Translations under genes and position numbers: made by a program
In this document: piece after piece, positions 33,970 to 48,131 of the stretch
Layout of the letters: each line of letters begins with the position of its first letter
How positions within the stretch are numbered: the first letter of the stretch is position 1
Origin: Amoebophrya sp. A120
Taxonomy: Eukaryota; Protista; Dinoflagellata
Direction: 5' to 3'
NCBI GenBank assembly: GCA_905178155.1
Contig: CAJINV010000028.1
Span: 1-64,000 of the forward strand
DNA length: 64,000 nucleotides
Notes under the pieces: model-generated
Told to the model about the DNA's origin: nothing
What the model saw: only the letters and a program-made list of their open reading frames with translations
The model's database searches: none

Positions 33970-36572
33970 TCAACACGTAAGAAATCTCGTATTCTTTTTG
34001 TCTGAATAATCGCAATCGAAAATACTATCATCCGAAGCACTGTCATCAAGGCTGGCGTCGTTGCCATCATCATTTTGCAAATGCTGTTGCCTCGTCTCGT
34101 TCCCCTCTGAGACGAGTTCATTACTGCGGCCCTCGGAAGATGAATTATTTCCAAACGTGAGCGCTGCCTCTGCTCGGTGGCTGGAGAGGGGGGCTGCTAG
34201 ACGACCTATTTCTGCTAGCGATTGCTCGAGTGTGGAGGCCTTGTCATTTTCTCCAAATACTTCGCGCTCGATCTCATGGGCTGCGGCTGCTGGTGCACTT
34301 TCAACACTATTTCTAGATGCGCCAACATCAATATAAGGGACTGGATGTTGTGCTACGGTTTCGACGTGTAACAGCGAACCAGGGGAAGGCACTGCAAGGG
34401 CCTCCGTTGCGTCATGCTCCGACAAACCCCACACCGCCGCGGCCGCCCCAGCGATTCCGTATTTCACTTGCTGCGGGAACGTTGTCTCCTTTCGCTTCTG
34501 CTGCATCTCCTGGTCCAAGAAATCGGGGTGTGTGGTTTCCATCTTTTCCAAACCGACGCTCTGCGGACGCAGACTCGACGAATGCTCCTCCTGGTGGCCA
34601 AAAAAGTTGGGGAGCTGGTCATTGAAGTTACAAGTGCTACCAACACGGCGGTGATGCGTAGTGTACGGAGTTTGCACCTGCTGCGCCGGCGAAGCAGCCG
34701 AGAAGGGAAAGAAGCCCGCCGCGCCGTAGTCACATGCGGAAAAGTTGTTCTGCATTCGACAAGGATAGGAAGGGTGTCGCGCGTAGTAAAATGAGTGGTC
34801 TGGTTGTAGTTGGTTCTGGTGCCATTGCGGAACTACAGGATTAGTACCCTCAGGTCGGTGTTGTTGGTGGGCGAGAGGACTGCCAGCAAATAAACAAGCC
34901 GCACTCCTCGCCTCCGCTGCCGACCATGCCTCCGCTGCCGAGAATGAACAGGCTCCAAACGTAGGTATCGAGTGCAAAAGCATCACGCTCTTCGTAGTGG
35001 CAACTAGGCATGACAAGCTTTGTGTTTCAAGTATAATCAACATGACGAATTCAACTTTTCCTCTGAGAAAATTTGTAATTGCAACTTGTACTAGAACTAG
35101 TGCGGGACGCTTTTGCAATGCATAGTGGGACAACTCCAACTGGTGCAATTCCAACCATCATTCGGACTCACGTGCTGGTGGTGGTTGCCAGATGCGGATT
35201 GTTGACTTTGATACTGCTGAGCATTTCGCGCTCCGTAAAAGCCTGGGACGCTGCCGGCTCCTTCTCCAAAGCTTGCACTGGCGATGTCGTGGCAGGGTTT
35301 GACATTTCTGCGAGACCACTGTTGCTGCCCCTGGTCGAACGAAGCATAGCTGCCACTCGCACCATGATCATTTCCAGCACTGTCCGGATAGCACGGAGAG
35401 GACGGCCACGGCGTGGCTGCAGTTGCTGCGAAAGTGAAAGCGCCCCCCTGGTGGTAGAGTGCGCCAGCTGTAGAAGTTGCTTCCAGGTTTTTATGGGCCT
35501 GTGTCAGTTGGGAGATTGTGCCATCAGGTGGAGCAGGACAGCGGGGAACAGCACGCTGTTCTTGTGAAACAGATGGTCGGCGCGCTGGAGCCGGAGCAAA
35601 GGTCGTCCCTGATGATTTCTGCAAGTAGCCAGCTCCACTTTCCCGGCCGTGGAAAACAGGGAAACTTCCGTTTGAATGTAGCCCCCCGGTTTGGTGGTCG
35701 TGAAGCAGCGACACAACACGGGGCGGCACCGCGACGGGTATGAAAGCTGTTTGCGCCGCTTGTACAAACCCTCCAAAAACTGGAGCTGCTCTGGCGCCCC
35801 CTAGTTCATCTGGAGAGAACGACGATAAGCCGTTCCGTACGCTCGTGCTTTCGGTCGCGCTGGTGTGCATTCGCCCCCCGATTCCTCCATCTGTAGGAGA
35901 GACAGCAGCTCTACTTCCATGTAGTACCCCTGTGGCAAATGAAGCTGCAAAAGGTATCATCGACGTGGCTGATGGTTGTGCGTGTGCCGGAGCCACCAGT
36001 GGTGGAGGTTTATTTGGACGATCGCCGACTTGCTGTGCACCTGCACACTGTCGTAACTGCTGCGAGCAGAGTCGGAGTTGCTGTTGGAAAATACAGGCGC
36101 AAGCTCTGCGAAGGCACTCCTCCTGCTTTTGCAGCAGATCATGTTGTTGTGTCAGCAATACGCACGCCAACTCGTCGACGCGTGCATTCTGTGCGTGCTG
36201 CTCTGGCGCGTTTGCGAAACTCAAGCCAAGTAGCCCGGGGCCGGCATCAGAAGCGGATCCGTGCGCGCGATTCCGGTACCCAGGTCCTGGATCCGACGGG
36301 GGGAGCTCCGCTGTTGATTGGGCGCTGGACTGCGGACCAGAGTTGAGCTCCTCCGGCTCAATGTCCGGACTGATCGAACGGGGAAACGGTACCGAGGGAA
36401 GCGAGGACGGAGCGTCAGCACCAGAAAAAGCATACGACTCTTCTGTAGGAGGGGTTGCCGGCTCACAGTGCTTTGCGCTGAGGAGGTGCAAGGCGGGCTC
36501 CAATCCTTCACGGAGGTGGTCATGCACTGCCGTCGACGATGTCGATGATGATGATAATTCAATAGACCTCAA
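33970..36572 (-). CDS. Low-complexity hypothetical protein, at least two exons; 5' end unresolved
   Basis: The 491-aa and 394-aa ORFs are in different frames and join as ...WSCPT-FGACSF when the 34966-35124 element plus one repeat is removed. Confidence 0.65.
34966..35124. mobile_element. Introner family 2 (diverged)
   Basis: tatcgagtgcaaaagcatc ... gacgcttttgcaatgcata; flanks GTAGG/GTGGG. Confidence 0.85.
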
Positions 36573-36860
36573 CGGGCCTGTGCCACCGCAATTGCCATCA
36601 CTTGCAGTTGCGGAAGTTTCTGTTTATGTCATTTTTCTGATTTCTTGGTCCTATTCCAAGCAAAAATAGTAGCTGCGGCGAGCAAGCACAAGCAGGAGCT
36701 ACATGCGATCTAGATCGTCACTATCATGAAGCATACTTCTTTCGCACGATGAACGGCTGTGCTAGTCGTAGCGACGCAACGTGGACGTCTTCGATCACAT
36801 ATTATTTCTATTCACACCCCACTCATACTTAACTCCGACACAACAGTATACTTATCATTA

Positions 36861-38065
36861 CTATTCATTTTGATGTTGCTGCACCAGAAGGACTATCGGG
36901 AGTGAGATTAAGCGAGTCCCTAGTGACACAAGTAGAACTCCGGCACAACGCGGAGGATTGATCCTATAATAGAAATACATCTTCGTTTTACACATACCAG
37001 TGTTCGCTTCGGCGTCCACCTCGCTGCTCCAAGCGGACGTCGAACCTCGCTCGCAGTTCGTCGGGGGACCTCTCGCAGGGGTCCGGCCGCAGTCCCGCGG
37101 TGCTACCGGCTCGGGGGGCGGGTACACGCCTGCGTGATGCTCATCGGCGACCCGGGCTCCCTGCGTCTCTGACCACGGTCCGCCGACTGAGTGTTCAGAG
37201 CGCTTCGAAAAACCGTGGTGGCGCCCTTGCCGGAGAATCTCCGTGTCCAGCTGCACCCCAGCAGCACTAAGTAGGGGCTTCATGGTGTTCTTTTTTTTTG
37301 TTCGCGGCGCGTCGTCTTTCGGCGACAGAAAGCGCGCGGGTGGAGTAGCGTGGCGACGCAGCACCTGAAGATCCTGCGCAGTATCAGTAGTGGCCGAAAC
37401 GACGCCGCCGGAGCCACTGGAGTTGCCAAGAACGCTGTCGTCCCCGACTCCGCTTGCCCCTGTCTGGCAGAGAGGTACCCAGCGTGTGGCATGTACAACT
37501 TGCAAACCGAACCCCGATTGCGGATCATTTTTGCTCTCCTCCACAACGTTTATTGGTTTCATCCACAGTTGCGCGCATTGTGCCAGTCGTTCGGATGGAA
37601 CCATGGGGACCATAGTAGTACTCTGCCCAGACAAGGGCCTCCACCAGAGCGGCATCAAATGCAAAAATGTCTAGGTCTGGAACAGTGGACCTTGTGATGC
37701 GTGTCTTGCATTCCTAGAAAATCTGTATAGTTGCATGAGTAGCAAAAGAGGAGCTTGCTTTGTTCTGCAAAAACGCAATTTGTGATGCGTGGTGAACATC
37801 AGCAGGCGTCTCCAAAACTTGTCATGCCTGGCCGCCATTGCAAGCGCTTCACTCATGCTCAATTCAGCATCACAGATTTCGAGACCCAGACGCATCTGCA
37901 GTGCGTATGCGGAACAGTGTCACTATGCGAGATCTTTACCGGCTCTGCGTCGTTTCCGTCACCAGCCCCGATGGTCGCGGAGCCCCTGTTCTTCTGCAGA
38001 AGGAGCGCCGCGTTCAGGTCGTGTTCGTGCGCAACAAGGGTCCAGCGTGGTCGTATTAACGGCAA
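36861..38065 (-). CDS. Hypothetical protein exons; ends uncertain
   Basis: ORFs 37859-38065 and 36861-37664 join in frame (SDTVP-LWWRP) across the introner. Confidence 0.5.
37653..37907. mobile_element. Introner family 1 (diverged)
   Basis: catcaaatgcaaaaatgtctagg ... agacccagacgcatctgcagtgcgta; flanks AGCGG/TGCGG. Confidence 0.85.
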
Positions 38066-38400
38066 ATGTTGAGTGCGTGACTGTCTTCATGGGTTTGCAA
38101 ATGCACGAGTAGATAGGATTATCTTCAAGCGGTGGCACGCATACCAGCTACCCATGAAAATGTTGAAGATCAGCGACTAGCAATTTTTCATGTCATATGC
38201 ATAGACGAGCACCACGATGATGGATCTGCCTGCTGACGCACGCGTACGGCACAGACAGTTGCAGGGAAAAAATACAGAGACCTTCCATCGTCGTTAATAT
38301 GCAAACCGCACGGACTTTTTCTGCTTCTGAATGTTGGTCGCCATCACCTCATTATTGCATAAAAAATAGTTCTAAGTACTCTTTTCTTGTTGAGTCACAC

Positions 38401-41089
38401 TCAAGATGGGCTGCTCCTTATTTCCACCATAGTTGTCGGGCTGACGCGAAAAAGCTCCGGTTTCCGATGCTCGACGTCCTTGAAGGGCCGCACTCCTGTC
38501 TTGAGTTTCTTGGTGCTCGCGTAGTCGAAAATTGGAATCCAGGGCTGTCTATCAACTGTAAAAATGTCCACGTCTGGAAGATTCTGACAGTTGTCATGCA
38601 CGTTTTCCGTGAGCCATGATGTCTGTGATGCATACCCTAGCAGTACAGATTTTTTGAGGGCTTCTTGATGCGTATTCCGTATGACAAATGCCTTCTCAGC
38701 GTAGCAAAAGTTGCGTTCCCTTTGCTACTCATGCAATACAGATTTTTTCCGAAATCCAAAGACAGCATTACAAGTTCCACTCTTTCTCTTTCAGACCCAG
38801 ACATTTTTGCATTTGATACTGTCGACGCTCCCTCGGACACCACCACACTTGTTCGCTTGAATCGGGTTGAAGCTGAAAGTTACTAGACGAGCACGACCAT
38901 GACCTGACTTCTGGCGATCCTGAGGCTCCTGCTTTCGGCCCGACGACGCGCGCTGGCGCAGCAAGTCGTTGGATTTTCTCCAGCACGGCGGGTCCTGTGG
39001 TCGCTGGCGTGCGCGCCGACCGCTGGGCTAGAAGTGCAGGACCACCTTGACGTGCTCGTACTGTTTCTGCAAGCGATATGGGAGTGTCAAGATCGAAATC
39101 GTCAAAGTTGAAATAATCTGTAAAGCAAAAAAGCGATACCAGCTGGAGCCCAGTTTGCAAGTGGCCAATGACAAATTTTGACAGCATGGAAATCCAATTT
39201 GTCATGCTGTTTGAGCAGAGAATACTGCTTTTGTCATGCTATTTTAGCAGCTCTATCTCACACCCCAAACAGGCTTACAATCGGCCTCAGTTGGCTGCTC
39301 TGCAAGACAGGCACTTTGCGTCTACCATTTTATGCATCACAAACTATTTCAACCTTGAGTTTAATGATTTCAATCCTGACGCTTCCATAAGCGAATGAAC
39401 GTTCTTGCTCTCATTCGCCTCCGGCGCTTGTCCTCTTGAAAGCAAGCTAGTGGCGCCGCGATGTTCTTTTTTGATCTTTCTTGCGCCCCGACGCTCGGCG
39501 ATAAACTGCTCCGTGATTCGTACCTCCGTGCGCTTATGCATCGCGAATATGTCTGAATCTGGAAAGGTTGAACCTGTATTGCGTCTACTCCAGCAATTTA
39601 ACTATAATTTTTTCTGGAGAATCTGCATTGCATAAAAGCAACCAAAGTTCCACAGTTTCGCCATGAAAAATCGCAGTTTGTAATGCGTACTAAACATCAT
39701 CATCATCAGAAGGCATTTGAAAAAATTGTCATGCCGCACTGCACTCAGACGCGCGCTCAATCATAACGATTCAGCTTTACAGGTTTATTTCAGACCCAGA
39801 CATATTTAAGTACATTTGATAGCGCAAGCGCTCCATCAGTTCTGAGAATGTTCGCGCACAACTGGCCGCATTGGCGACAGTAAGAGCAACCTCCTCTGCA
39901 GCTACTGTGGCTTCTTGCATGCTCATCAGCAGACAGGCATCCGCCGAAGTTCTGGGAGGCAACGTCATACCCGAGACAGAGGCGGAAGACGCCGCCGTTG
40001 GCACCGAGCCACACGTCGAGGCCACGTAGTTCTCAATTTGTGGCATGACGTGTTTCGACACCGCATCGCACCACCGCTGACCGGAAGACGCAAGCGCGTG
40101 CACAGCCGTTTCTTGAAAATTCCGCAAGAGACAGATAAGTGCTTCCTCGACCTGGTCCGAGCCTCCGAGTCCGGACTCGGGGGGCTGGCCCTGCTGCAGC
40201 GGCTGGCGTGTCGCGAAAGCGTCTTTGTCACTTTCCCGTGGGTCGTGCGCCTTCTGTGCCAGCGGCTGCGACACTGTGGACCGGGAATCAGCTTGCAGCT
40301 CTTCTTGCGTGGACAGTTGTTCTGCAGCCTTCGGGAGAGGGTCGTCCGTCGCATCTTCCGTCGAGCACGCGACGTGATCCGCCTCCGAAGTTTGTCCGCT
40401 AGTATAATCCTCGTTCTGGTCTTGCTGAAGACGGCAAAACTGTTTCATCGAGTAGTAGCTGTTAGTACCATCAACGTGCTGAGTGGTGTAACTGCTATCA
40501 TGGGCGTCCTGCTGGCGTAGTTTCTGGAGTTTGTCGCGCCGAGCTTTCCGACTCCTCGTCGGCTTAGTGGTCTGGCTATTGCCTGGCGTTTCTACTTCTT
40601 GATTTTGCGTCGAGGCATCACAATTCAAGTCGGTGCGCTCTTTGTTGTGTCGTTCTTGCGGCGGTTCCCTGGCCGAATACAGGGATGATTTCGCCTGTGT
40701 GCTCGTGTCGACGGATAAAAGAAACCAGGTAAAAATCCGACCCAGTGCGATTCCTCGACAGAGCAAAAGGCGTTTCCTCCGCGCAGCTGTTTTTCGAGAA
40801 ACGGCCGACTGCAAATAAGTATCAACTGTAAAAGTGTCTGGGTCTGGAAGAATTCATGTTTGTCATGCTTGTCTGGCATGACTCTTAAGTCTGTCATGCA
40901 CGTTACCCAAGAGCTCCGTTTTTCTGTGATGCAGAAGCGCAGTTTGTCATGCAGAATAGGCAACACCTAGGAGCTCAGAAACTTGTCATGCTGAGCCAGC
41001 ATCTGTAGCCTCATCATGAGACGCCACCCAGCATCACAAGTTTGCAGACCCAGACATTTTTACATTTGATAATAAGAAGAATTGCGCAT
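38401..41089 (-). CDS. Five-exon hypothetical protein whose four introns are all introners
   Basis: In-frame junctions MRNSSY-LQSAV, ERLR-TEVR, NVHS-LAET and ERRQ-PWIP; stop at 38401. Confidence 0.75.
38550..38818. mobile_element. Introner family 1
   Basis: TIRs present; perfect TSD CTGTC. Confidence 0.92.
39077..39389. mobile_element. Introner family 3 (long imperfect TIR)
   Basis: tatgggagtgtcaagatcgaaatc...gttgaaata pairs with tatttcaac...gatttcaatcctgacgcttccata; perfect TSD AGCGA; the frame is restored. Confidence 0.88.
39535..39821. mobile_element. Introner family 1 (diverged)
   Basis: TIRs present; flanks GCGCT/GCGCA. Confidence 0.85.
40820..41071. mobile_element. Introner family 1
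   Basis: TIRs present; perfect TSD ATAAG. Confidence 0.93.
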
Positions 41090-42439
41090 TTTTCTCCTGA
41101 AATTCCTCGATGGACAAGGAGTCAAGCGCCAACTCTTCTTCTGGAACTAGGCGTCCTTTTGGTCCTTTCCGTGTTGTCGTGCAAATACACGAGCGCCGAT
41201 TTTCTGCTCGGCTTTGTTTCCTGGTTGTGCCCCGTTTTTTTCTAGTACAACTAGATGAGATTTCTATAAATTGTAAAGCAGATAGGCTCATACTATTTTC
41301 TTATTCCTAGTGAAGATAAAGATACGCATCGCGGAGAGGATTTTTTCTTGTACCAAGCCGCGAGATGTTTATGTTTTACGTAAGTTCGTGTTCGTTTTCT
41401 TTACATTCAGTAGAGATCTTCAACAAGGACAAGGGGCAACAGCTCTCCTGTATCTAGCTGTTGTAGACGAGTATTATTCTGTACGAGCAAATTGTTTACT
41501 AAAAAGAGAAAAGTGGCATAGCTTTGCGTAGTAGGCCTTGCTGTGACGTTGAAAAAAATAAAAAGATAATAACAAATACGATAAGAATACATTTCACTGT
41601 TAGAAAACGCGCCTAGCGGTTGTTGCAGGCTAATTGCATTCGTTATTTTACAATGATGAAAGCCCATGGCCATAGAGTTCCTGTTCTGTGCGTTGTTGGA
41701 TGATGTCGTCATCGGATTGAAAACTCCTCGGTACTTTTCTGTGCAACTACTTTCGGATTGAAAACTCCTCGAACCTCTTCTACGCTGCGCAACGACTGCA
41801 AATGATAAATAAGATCACGGTAGTTCCTGGTTGCAGAGCAGTTCGCGCTCGCATTGCTGTTGCTCCCAACGCAACACATTGATCAGTTCGGTCTCAGTGG
41901 GGTCCCCCCTCAGCCAGCGGATCATCAAAAAAAATGAACAATCCAGGATGGATCATCAACATCAACTTCAGCAAACAAAAGACGAGAATCAGTGTCAGGA
42001 CAACTGCCTCGTCTCCCATTTTCTATATACGCTCGCTTTATTGCAAGACAAAGAAATATCCCTTGTGCAAGATCATGGAGCTGCTTCAGCTCTAGACCTT
42101 CTGTACCTATTCGGGTCTACTTTTGGTTTTGACGTGTACAACATCTTACAGGAACTAAGTTGGCCGGAGCTCATTTCTCTACGGAGCACTGCAGCGGAAG
42201 CTACTTTTTCTGCAAAAAAATTTGCAGTGTTGAAAACAAGTTCCAGCGCTATCTCTGGTAGCGACGCTCAACAGATTAATTTGTGCTGTCATCTGTATGT
42301 ATGCCTGCACAGAATCGCTATGGCGCATTTCAATTTATTCTGTAGCGCTCGGAGCCAGTGTTAAAGCGGGCAACGCGCTTTCAGGAATTAATGGCCCGCG
42401 GTCACCTACACCGTCTTGCTGCCCGCTCCTACCTCGCAA

Positions 42440-45400
42440 TCATCGATAAAAATCTGGAGCAGCAGCAGCTTTTCTCCTCACCCAAGATCTTCGTTGCTGT
42501 CGGATTCTGGAAGTTTTGCACCTGCGGCTGTCAGAGCACTTCTCAGCGGTTCTACCGGCGACGAGCTCCGCTTTATCGTACCCTGCGCAGCGGCTTTTTC
42601 GCAAGAGAACTCCGCGTCTAGTTTTGCAAGCACATCCACAGAATACCCGAGAACCGCTGCTGGTCCGCCCTAGACGCTGACTGAATTTCCTATTCTTGTG
42701 CCGTGGCATGTGGCTCCGAAGACAAGACTTCTGTGCCTGAGAAGTCGGTCATACGCTCTGTTGTGGTGTCGTCAGACAGCGCTCCGATAGAGGCAGTAAG
42801 CCTGTGTCGTATGTTTTCGTCGTTTTGTCCACCGGATGCCCCACTCCTTCTCCCTCTGCCCCGACTCTGCTGGGGAATGAGGTCGCATTAGCGGCGGTTG
42901 CCCGGACTGTCGCTGCCGTCCTGAATGACCGCGCACACTCCGACTCGACCAAAATGGCGCTGCCGTCGTCGCACTTTTTGATGCGCAGAAACTCGCGGAC
43001 CTCCTCGTCGCGTCAAAAGCGCCGTCCACAAGTCGCCCGAAGCACCCAGGAGGTGTGTCTCGCGCCGAGAAGGACTGCCTCGGGGAAGCGGGACTACGAG
43101 TATCTCGCAGCAGCCTCATGTGCTGCAGTATTCCATGCTGCGCCTATTGCAGCTTGCGGTCGGTCTGAGATCGTGATCGCGCGAAGTGCATATCTTCCTC
43201 TAGCGCCTTTGGTTCAGCAGGTTCGCCTGCGCCTTCTCGCGCGGGCCGGTCGGGGACGCGAGACCACGGCTTGCAGCAGCCTAGCCCCTTGCTGCGGTCC
43301 TCCGTAGCGCAGCGTCTGTTCCTCGCTGAGCCTTCGATCTCGCGAGAGGTACATCTTTGGCGGCGCCATCTTTGGCCGAGGTGGCATCCGGAACCACGCG
43401 CGGGTCGGGTTGAAGCCCGAGGCTAGTAGCGCTCGCGGCAGCGCGTTATGCTGCAGCATTCTACTCTGCGCCTGTTGGAGCGTCCATACCGAGAGGCGCT
43501 TGTTCATCGGTGACACCTTTTCGGAGCGCGAACTCACCGACCGTCTGTGCCGGGGTCGGAGCTTGCAGCAGCTCCGACCGTCTTGCGGCTGCTGCCGCCC
43601 ATTCCACATGATGCAGCACGTTCCGACCAGCATCCTCTTCGGCAGCATTTTCCGATGCGGTGCCAAACTTCCGCTTTAGGGGTCTTCCAGATATTACAGT
43701 GTCTCTCGCTCGCTTCGGCTCACTTCGATGACCGGCATCACTTCCTAGAGGCAGCTTGTCTGCACTGTAATTTGCGCTGTGCTCACCTTATTCGGAAGGC
43801 GCACGCCGACGATGCGCGGCAGCGCCCGGGGGCTTGGTTCTACTATATTACCTCTGTGTAGCAGCGCATGCCGGTAGATGCCGTCCCGGTCGTACCAACA
43901 GCGCCCTTCGCCGACGTCGTTTTGGTGAGCAAGCGACGGCGTGCTATCAACACTGCCTCGCCCAGTTGAAGACGAATCTCCGTACCGGGGGTGAGGGAGG
44001 CCGGCAACGTGATTCTGTCCCTGAGGCTGGAGTCGTCGGAAGGAGGCTCAGGAGGTAGCACCACCACGACCGTGCGTTGATGAAAAAAATTCGTATACAA
44101 GTCAGCACATAGTACTACCCGTCTCATCATAGAAGAAATTGCGTCTTTTTTGAGCGAGCGGGCAGGGAGTACTGCTGTAACTGTGTTGTGCAGTGGTACG
44201 GTAGCCGTATTAACTTGTTCATGTTCATGTTCTGTATCTGTAGCTGTACAGCAGTATGCATGACAAAAAAGATATCCGCGTCTGCTAGTATGAAAGGCGT
44301 ATGCCAAATGATTTGCATCCATCGGGATCGGTGCTGTATTGCATTTCATCTTTTCTGTCTGATAAACCGGCAGGGTGCCACGGAGACTCCAATAGCAGTC
44401 TCCTTCTGGCGATCAACCCGCGCATAGCCGAAGACCTCCGTATTCAGTTGCGTGAGAGACGTCTCCGACTGGAGCTGCAGACGCTCCGGATCGTAGTGGC
44501 CACACGGAATCAGCTGATCTTTCGGCGATCGGAAATAGATTAGTTTGAGCGCGTCGCTTGATCCAGCAGGGCCTGCGCTGTCTCCGGCCTCAGCGGTGAA
44601 TTCCTTTTTGTTCCACACAGCCGCTCCGCAAAAGGCAATGCGGGCGCTTCAGGCAGATGCGGGCGGAGAACGGGCGCGGAAGGGAGACGTCGAACCCCGC
44701 TTCAGTGCCCCCGTTGCCGACAGGTGGTTTCCGCAGCTTCAGCATTGCTTGCCCCCGTTGCCGACAGGTGGTTTCCGCAGCTAAATTTTCGTACGAGGCA
44801 ACCACTGCAACTGTAGGTCGCTGCCCTCGTGCGCGGGATCGTTGCACGTGCGACCGGAACATGACGGTGAAAACGCGCCGCATACAAAAGCTCCTGATGA
44901 TGATGATGGGCAGGAGGAAAAGTGTCGCCCTGCTTGTTGCGCACAAACCGAATGATACCGCATATACCACCACGACACCGAGGGCACGCTCACGAATTTG
45001 TGGCTCCAAGACGAAGTGAGTCTATCACGTCAACATGCTGGTCGCAGAAATCCCGGATTGCCCAGATAAATTCGAGCGCGCCGTGGTCGACAGAGGCCGA
45101 CGACGGTCCATGCACAGCAACTGCAGCACCAAGATATCCTCCGGTGAAACCACAGCCCCTTGCTTATCGAAGGCGATAGCTCTGTGTCTGTGCCTGAGAA
45201 GTCGATCAACATACGCTCTGCCATAGTACAGCGCTCCGATAGAGGCAGTAGGCCTGTGCTGTACATTCTCGTCGCTTTGTGCGCAGGAGGCCGCGCTCTC
45301 TGTGCCTCTGTCCTCCGCGAGGACGTCGCAGGACTGAGTGAGGTAACATTGGCGACGGCCGCCTGGGCTGTCGTAGAGTCCTAAGCACCCTGGCGTACTC

Positions 45401-46364
45401 CGATTTTTCTCGATGGCGCGATCGTACCCGAGTTTGAGTCGTTTTACGAGCTGGCTCCTCCTCCGTTGCCAGCATCAGAACCTCCACGAGGACTCCTCGA
45501 AGGTGTTTTGAAGAATTGGAAAATGTCGTCGCCTTCGCACATTGAGCTAGATGATCCCCGCTCGACACCGCAGCGCCAGTAAAGGAGGCATCACTCCTTT
45601 TTGTCACCGACCCGACCTGGCTTTCGCCGTCGAACACAAAGACCAGTACTGGTAGTGGTCGGAATTGAGAATGAGAAAATTCGTGGCTCAGGATCGGCCT
45701 AGCATCTTCATGTGTGGTAGTAGCTGCAGTATGGCGACCTGCTTTCTCGTGCCTCGCCCGCCATCCGACGACGAAATTGCGTAATTTCCGCAAATCTGGA
45801 CGACCTCTCTTGCCCCCGTGTTGCACGACCACTCGGCACAGGGCGTAGCTCGCCAGCCTTTTACGGAGAGAAGCCCGGCGCTGAGAGATGGATCGGCTGC
45901 ACTAAAGTAGCTTCTTTATCATCGGCGGAGAAACGTTTACTAGCAGAGGGACGTCGCAGCAATTTCATTCTCGACCTCAGCTGGTGAATGGGCGCTTTTT
46001 CACTTCGACGTGTCGTTGTGTAGTAGCTCTTGCCCTCCACCGCAATAGCGGGTGCGCCACGCGCTTCTACTTTTCTTGTCGGCAATAGAAATCCACCGTC
46101 GGATGGCAAAATCATGCCGGCCTCTTTCAGCATCTCGCGAGGGACCTCGTGCACACCGACATCAATGTGATCGCTGACGAAAGCCGGTTTGTGTAAAACT
46201 AAAAGTTGCTTCGTCCCCCGTTGGGGTAACGCTACTAGTGCTGCTAATGTGGTCCCTGGCTGTGCCACTTCTGGCCGCCGCCCGCTGGGAAAAACCTGTG
46301 TTATTTCATGATGATGACCACGCTGCGCTCGAGTTACAACACACGAGCACGCTCCTTGTGCCAC
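42440..46364 (-). pseudogene. Fragmented coding-like region with an internal duplication and a paralogue at 63.6-64 kb
   Basis: Short ORFs in changing frames; 42730-42960 resembles 45187-45420, and 43255-43610 resembles 63635-64000. Confidence 0.4.
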
Positions 46365-46599
46365 GCAGGACAGCTCTCGTTTCGCGCGACACTAGGTAGA
46401 GGCACACCGACTTTCAGAAGCTCCTGCTTCCGCATTCAGATGCGGGCTCAATTTCTTCGGATAAAAGTGCAGCAAAGACCGAACTTGAAAGACGTCGCCG
46501 GTCTTCTCAACCGGTTGGAGATCGATATACGCGAGCGCCGTCTGCCGACATTTGCGCGGCGCGCCCAACTTTGTGACAGCGCTGCACTGCGCACCCTGC

Positions 46600-46720
46600 A
46601 CCTGTTCACACTTGTTCACACTTCGCACTTGTTCACACTTCACACACGACCACACTTCACACATGATCACGCTTCACACATGTTTACACTTCGCACTTGT
46701 TCACACACACTTCACATCCG
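46600..46720. repeat. Degenerate (TTCACAC)n microsatellite
   Basis: Seen directly. Confidence 0.75.
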
Positions 46721-46960
46721 TTCGCACTGTGCACTTGCCGGTTCAGAAAATCTTGTCCGACCAAAAAGTCGATAAAATCGTGGCTGTGCGTGTCTTAGCA
46801 TCATCGCTGGTGGTGTCGATGAAGATGATATCGATGATGATGCCGACGATGATACCGATGATAATACCGATGATGAAGATCAAGATGTCGCCACAAAACA
46901 TGCGACATATGGAAACAGCAAAAAAACAAAAACACTACGCCCACAACTGTGCGCCGCTGC

Positions 46961-47025
46961 CGCCGACCTGTAAATGTCGCCGACCTGGAAATGTCGTCGA
47001 CCTGTAAATGTCGCCGACCTGTAAA
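46961..47025. repeat. 17-bp tandem repeat, ~4 copies
   Basis: Unit cgccgacctgtaaatgt. Confidence 0.9.
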
Positions 47026-48131
47026 CGTTTTTTCTTCGTGTCTTTTCGGAGCTGTTTTTTCCGAGTGAGGAGGTGATTGAAAAAGAACAACTTATTATGC
47101 GGAATCGAAATAAAAAGTGATCACTTCAAAAACAGGCTTTTGCGCGAGCCTCAGTCAAGAACTTGACAAATATACCTTCGCCCTGGCATCCGCGTCCGCA
47201 ATTCCATCGCCTTCGATCATGTGTGGCCATTTTTGTTTTGCTTTGATGATGGGCCCAACTGTGAGGTCTGGGCTGTAGATGAGTCGATTAGCTTTCCTGT
47301 CCTGCTTTGGGTTTGGGAAATGAAAAAAAAACGGCTCGCGTGGTGGATGAAAGTCGTATAGTGAAAAAATGGATCTGGATGCATTTGAAGGCGATGCTGA
47401 TCTTCATCTTTTGCGCCGAATCGATCTGATGCGAGTTGTACTCTGGATCTGTGTCATATTGGCAAAAGTAGCTGATCTTCTGTGGAAGGTTGGGATCGTT
47501 GTGCTTCTGCACACTGCACAAAGCCGAGCAGTAAACTGTGATCCGCCAAAATAATGCCTCTCTCTCAGTATTTTGTTCTACGGCATTGTTCAAATCGGGG
47601 CAGCCTGATCATTTCTCTTCGTAAAAATCGTAGTAAAGCTCACAGAGTGCTGGCTTTGCTGGAGAAGGATCCTGATACTCGACAAGAACAGAAGAATACA
47701 TCCTCGGAAGGCAAATTGTCGATGGCCTGGCTTTGCTAACTCTAGAGATCGGATCTCGTCCTTTATGCTGTGTGATCTGTTTCTGATTTTGGACTTGATT
47801 CATCGGGATCATCAAAGCTGTGAAGATTAAGGAGTCATTTTTAAATTTCCAGATCTGCTCATTCGAGAAAGATCTCAGAACCGACACTATTGACGTTGAT
47901 TTCTTTCTGTCTTTCTTGTCGTGCCTGGGCATGGCGTCAAATGTTCCAGGCCTTGAAAACGCCGAGTATATGTATATCTTCGTCGCGGAGTTGTAACGAT
48001 GTACTTTGACTGTGGCAAAATTTTTGTTTGCACCATTTTCGCAATTACGACTTGGATTTTTTAGGCCGGGGAAAAATGAATCGATGATCCGCCATTGCCA
48101 TCGCGATATCCTACGCAGTCTGGCTTTACAA

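Noticed and set aside
44706-44782. Local 32-bp direct repeat (similar short pairs near 5251-5302 and 41712-41771)
   Set aside because: Two adjacent copies only, consistent with ordinary slippage duplications.
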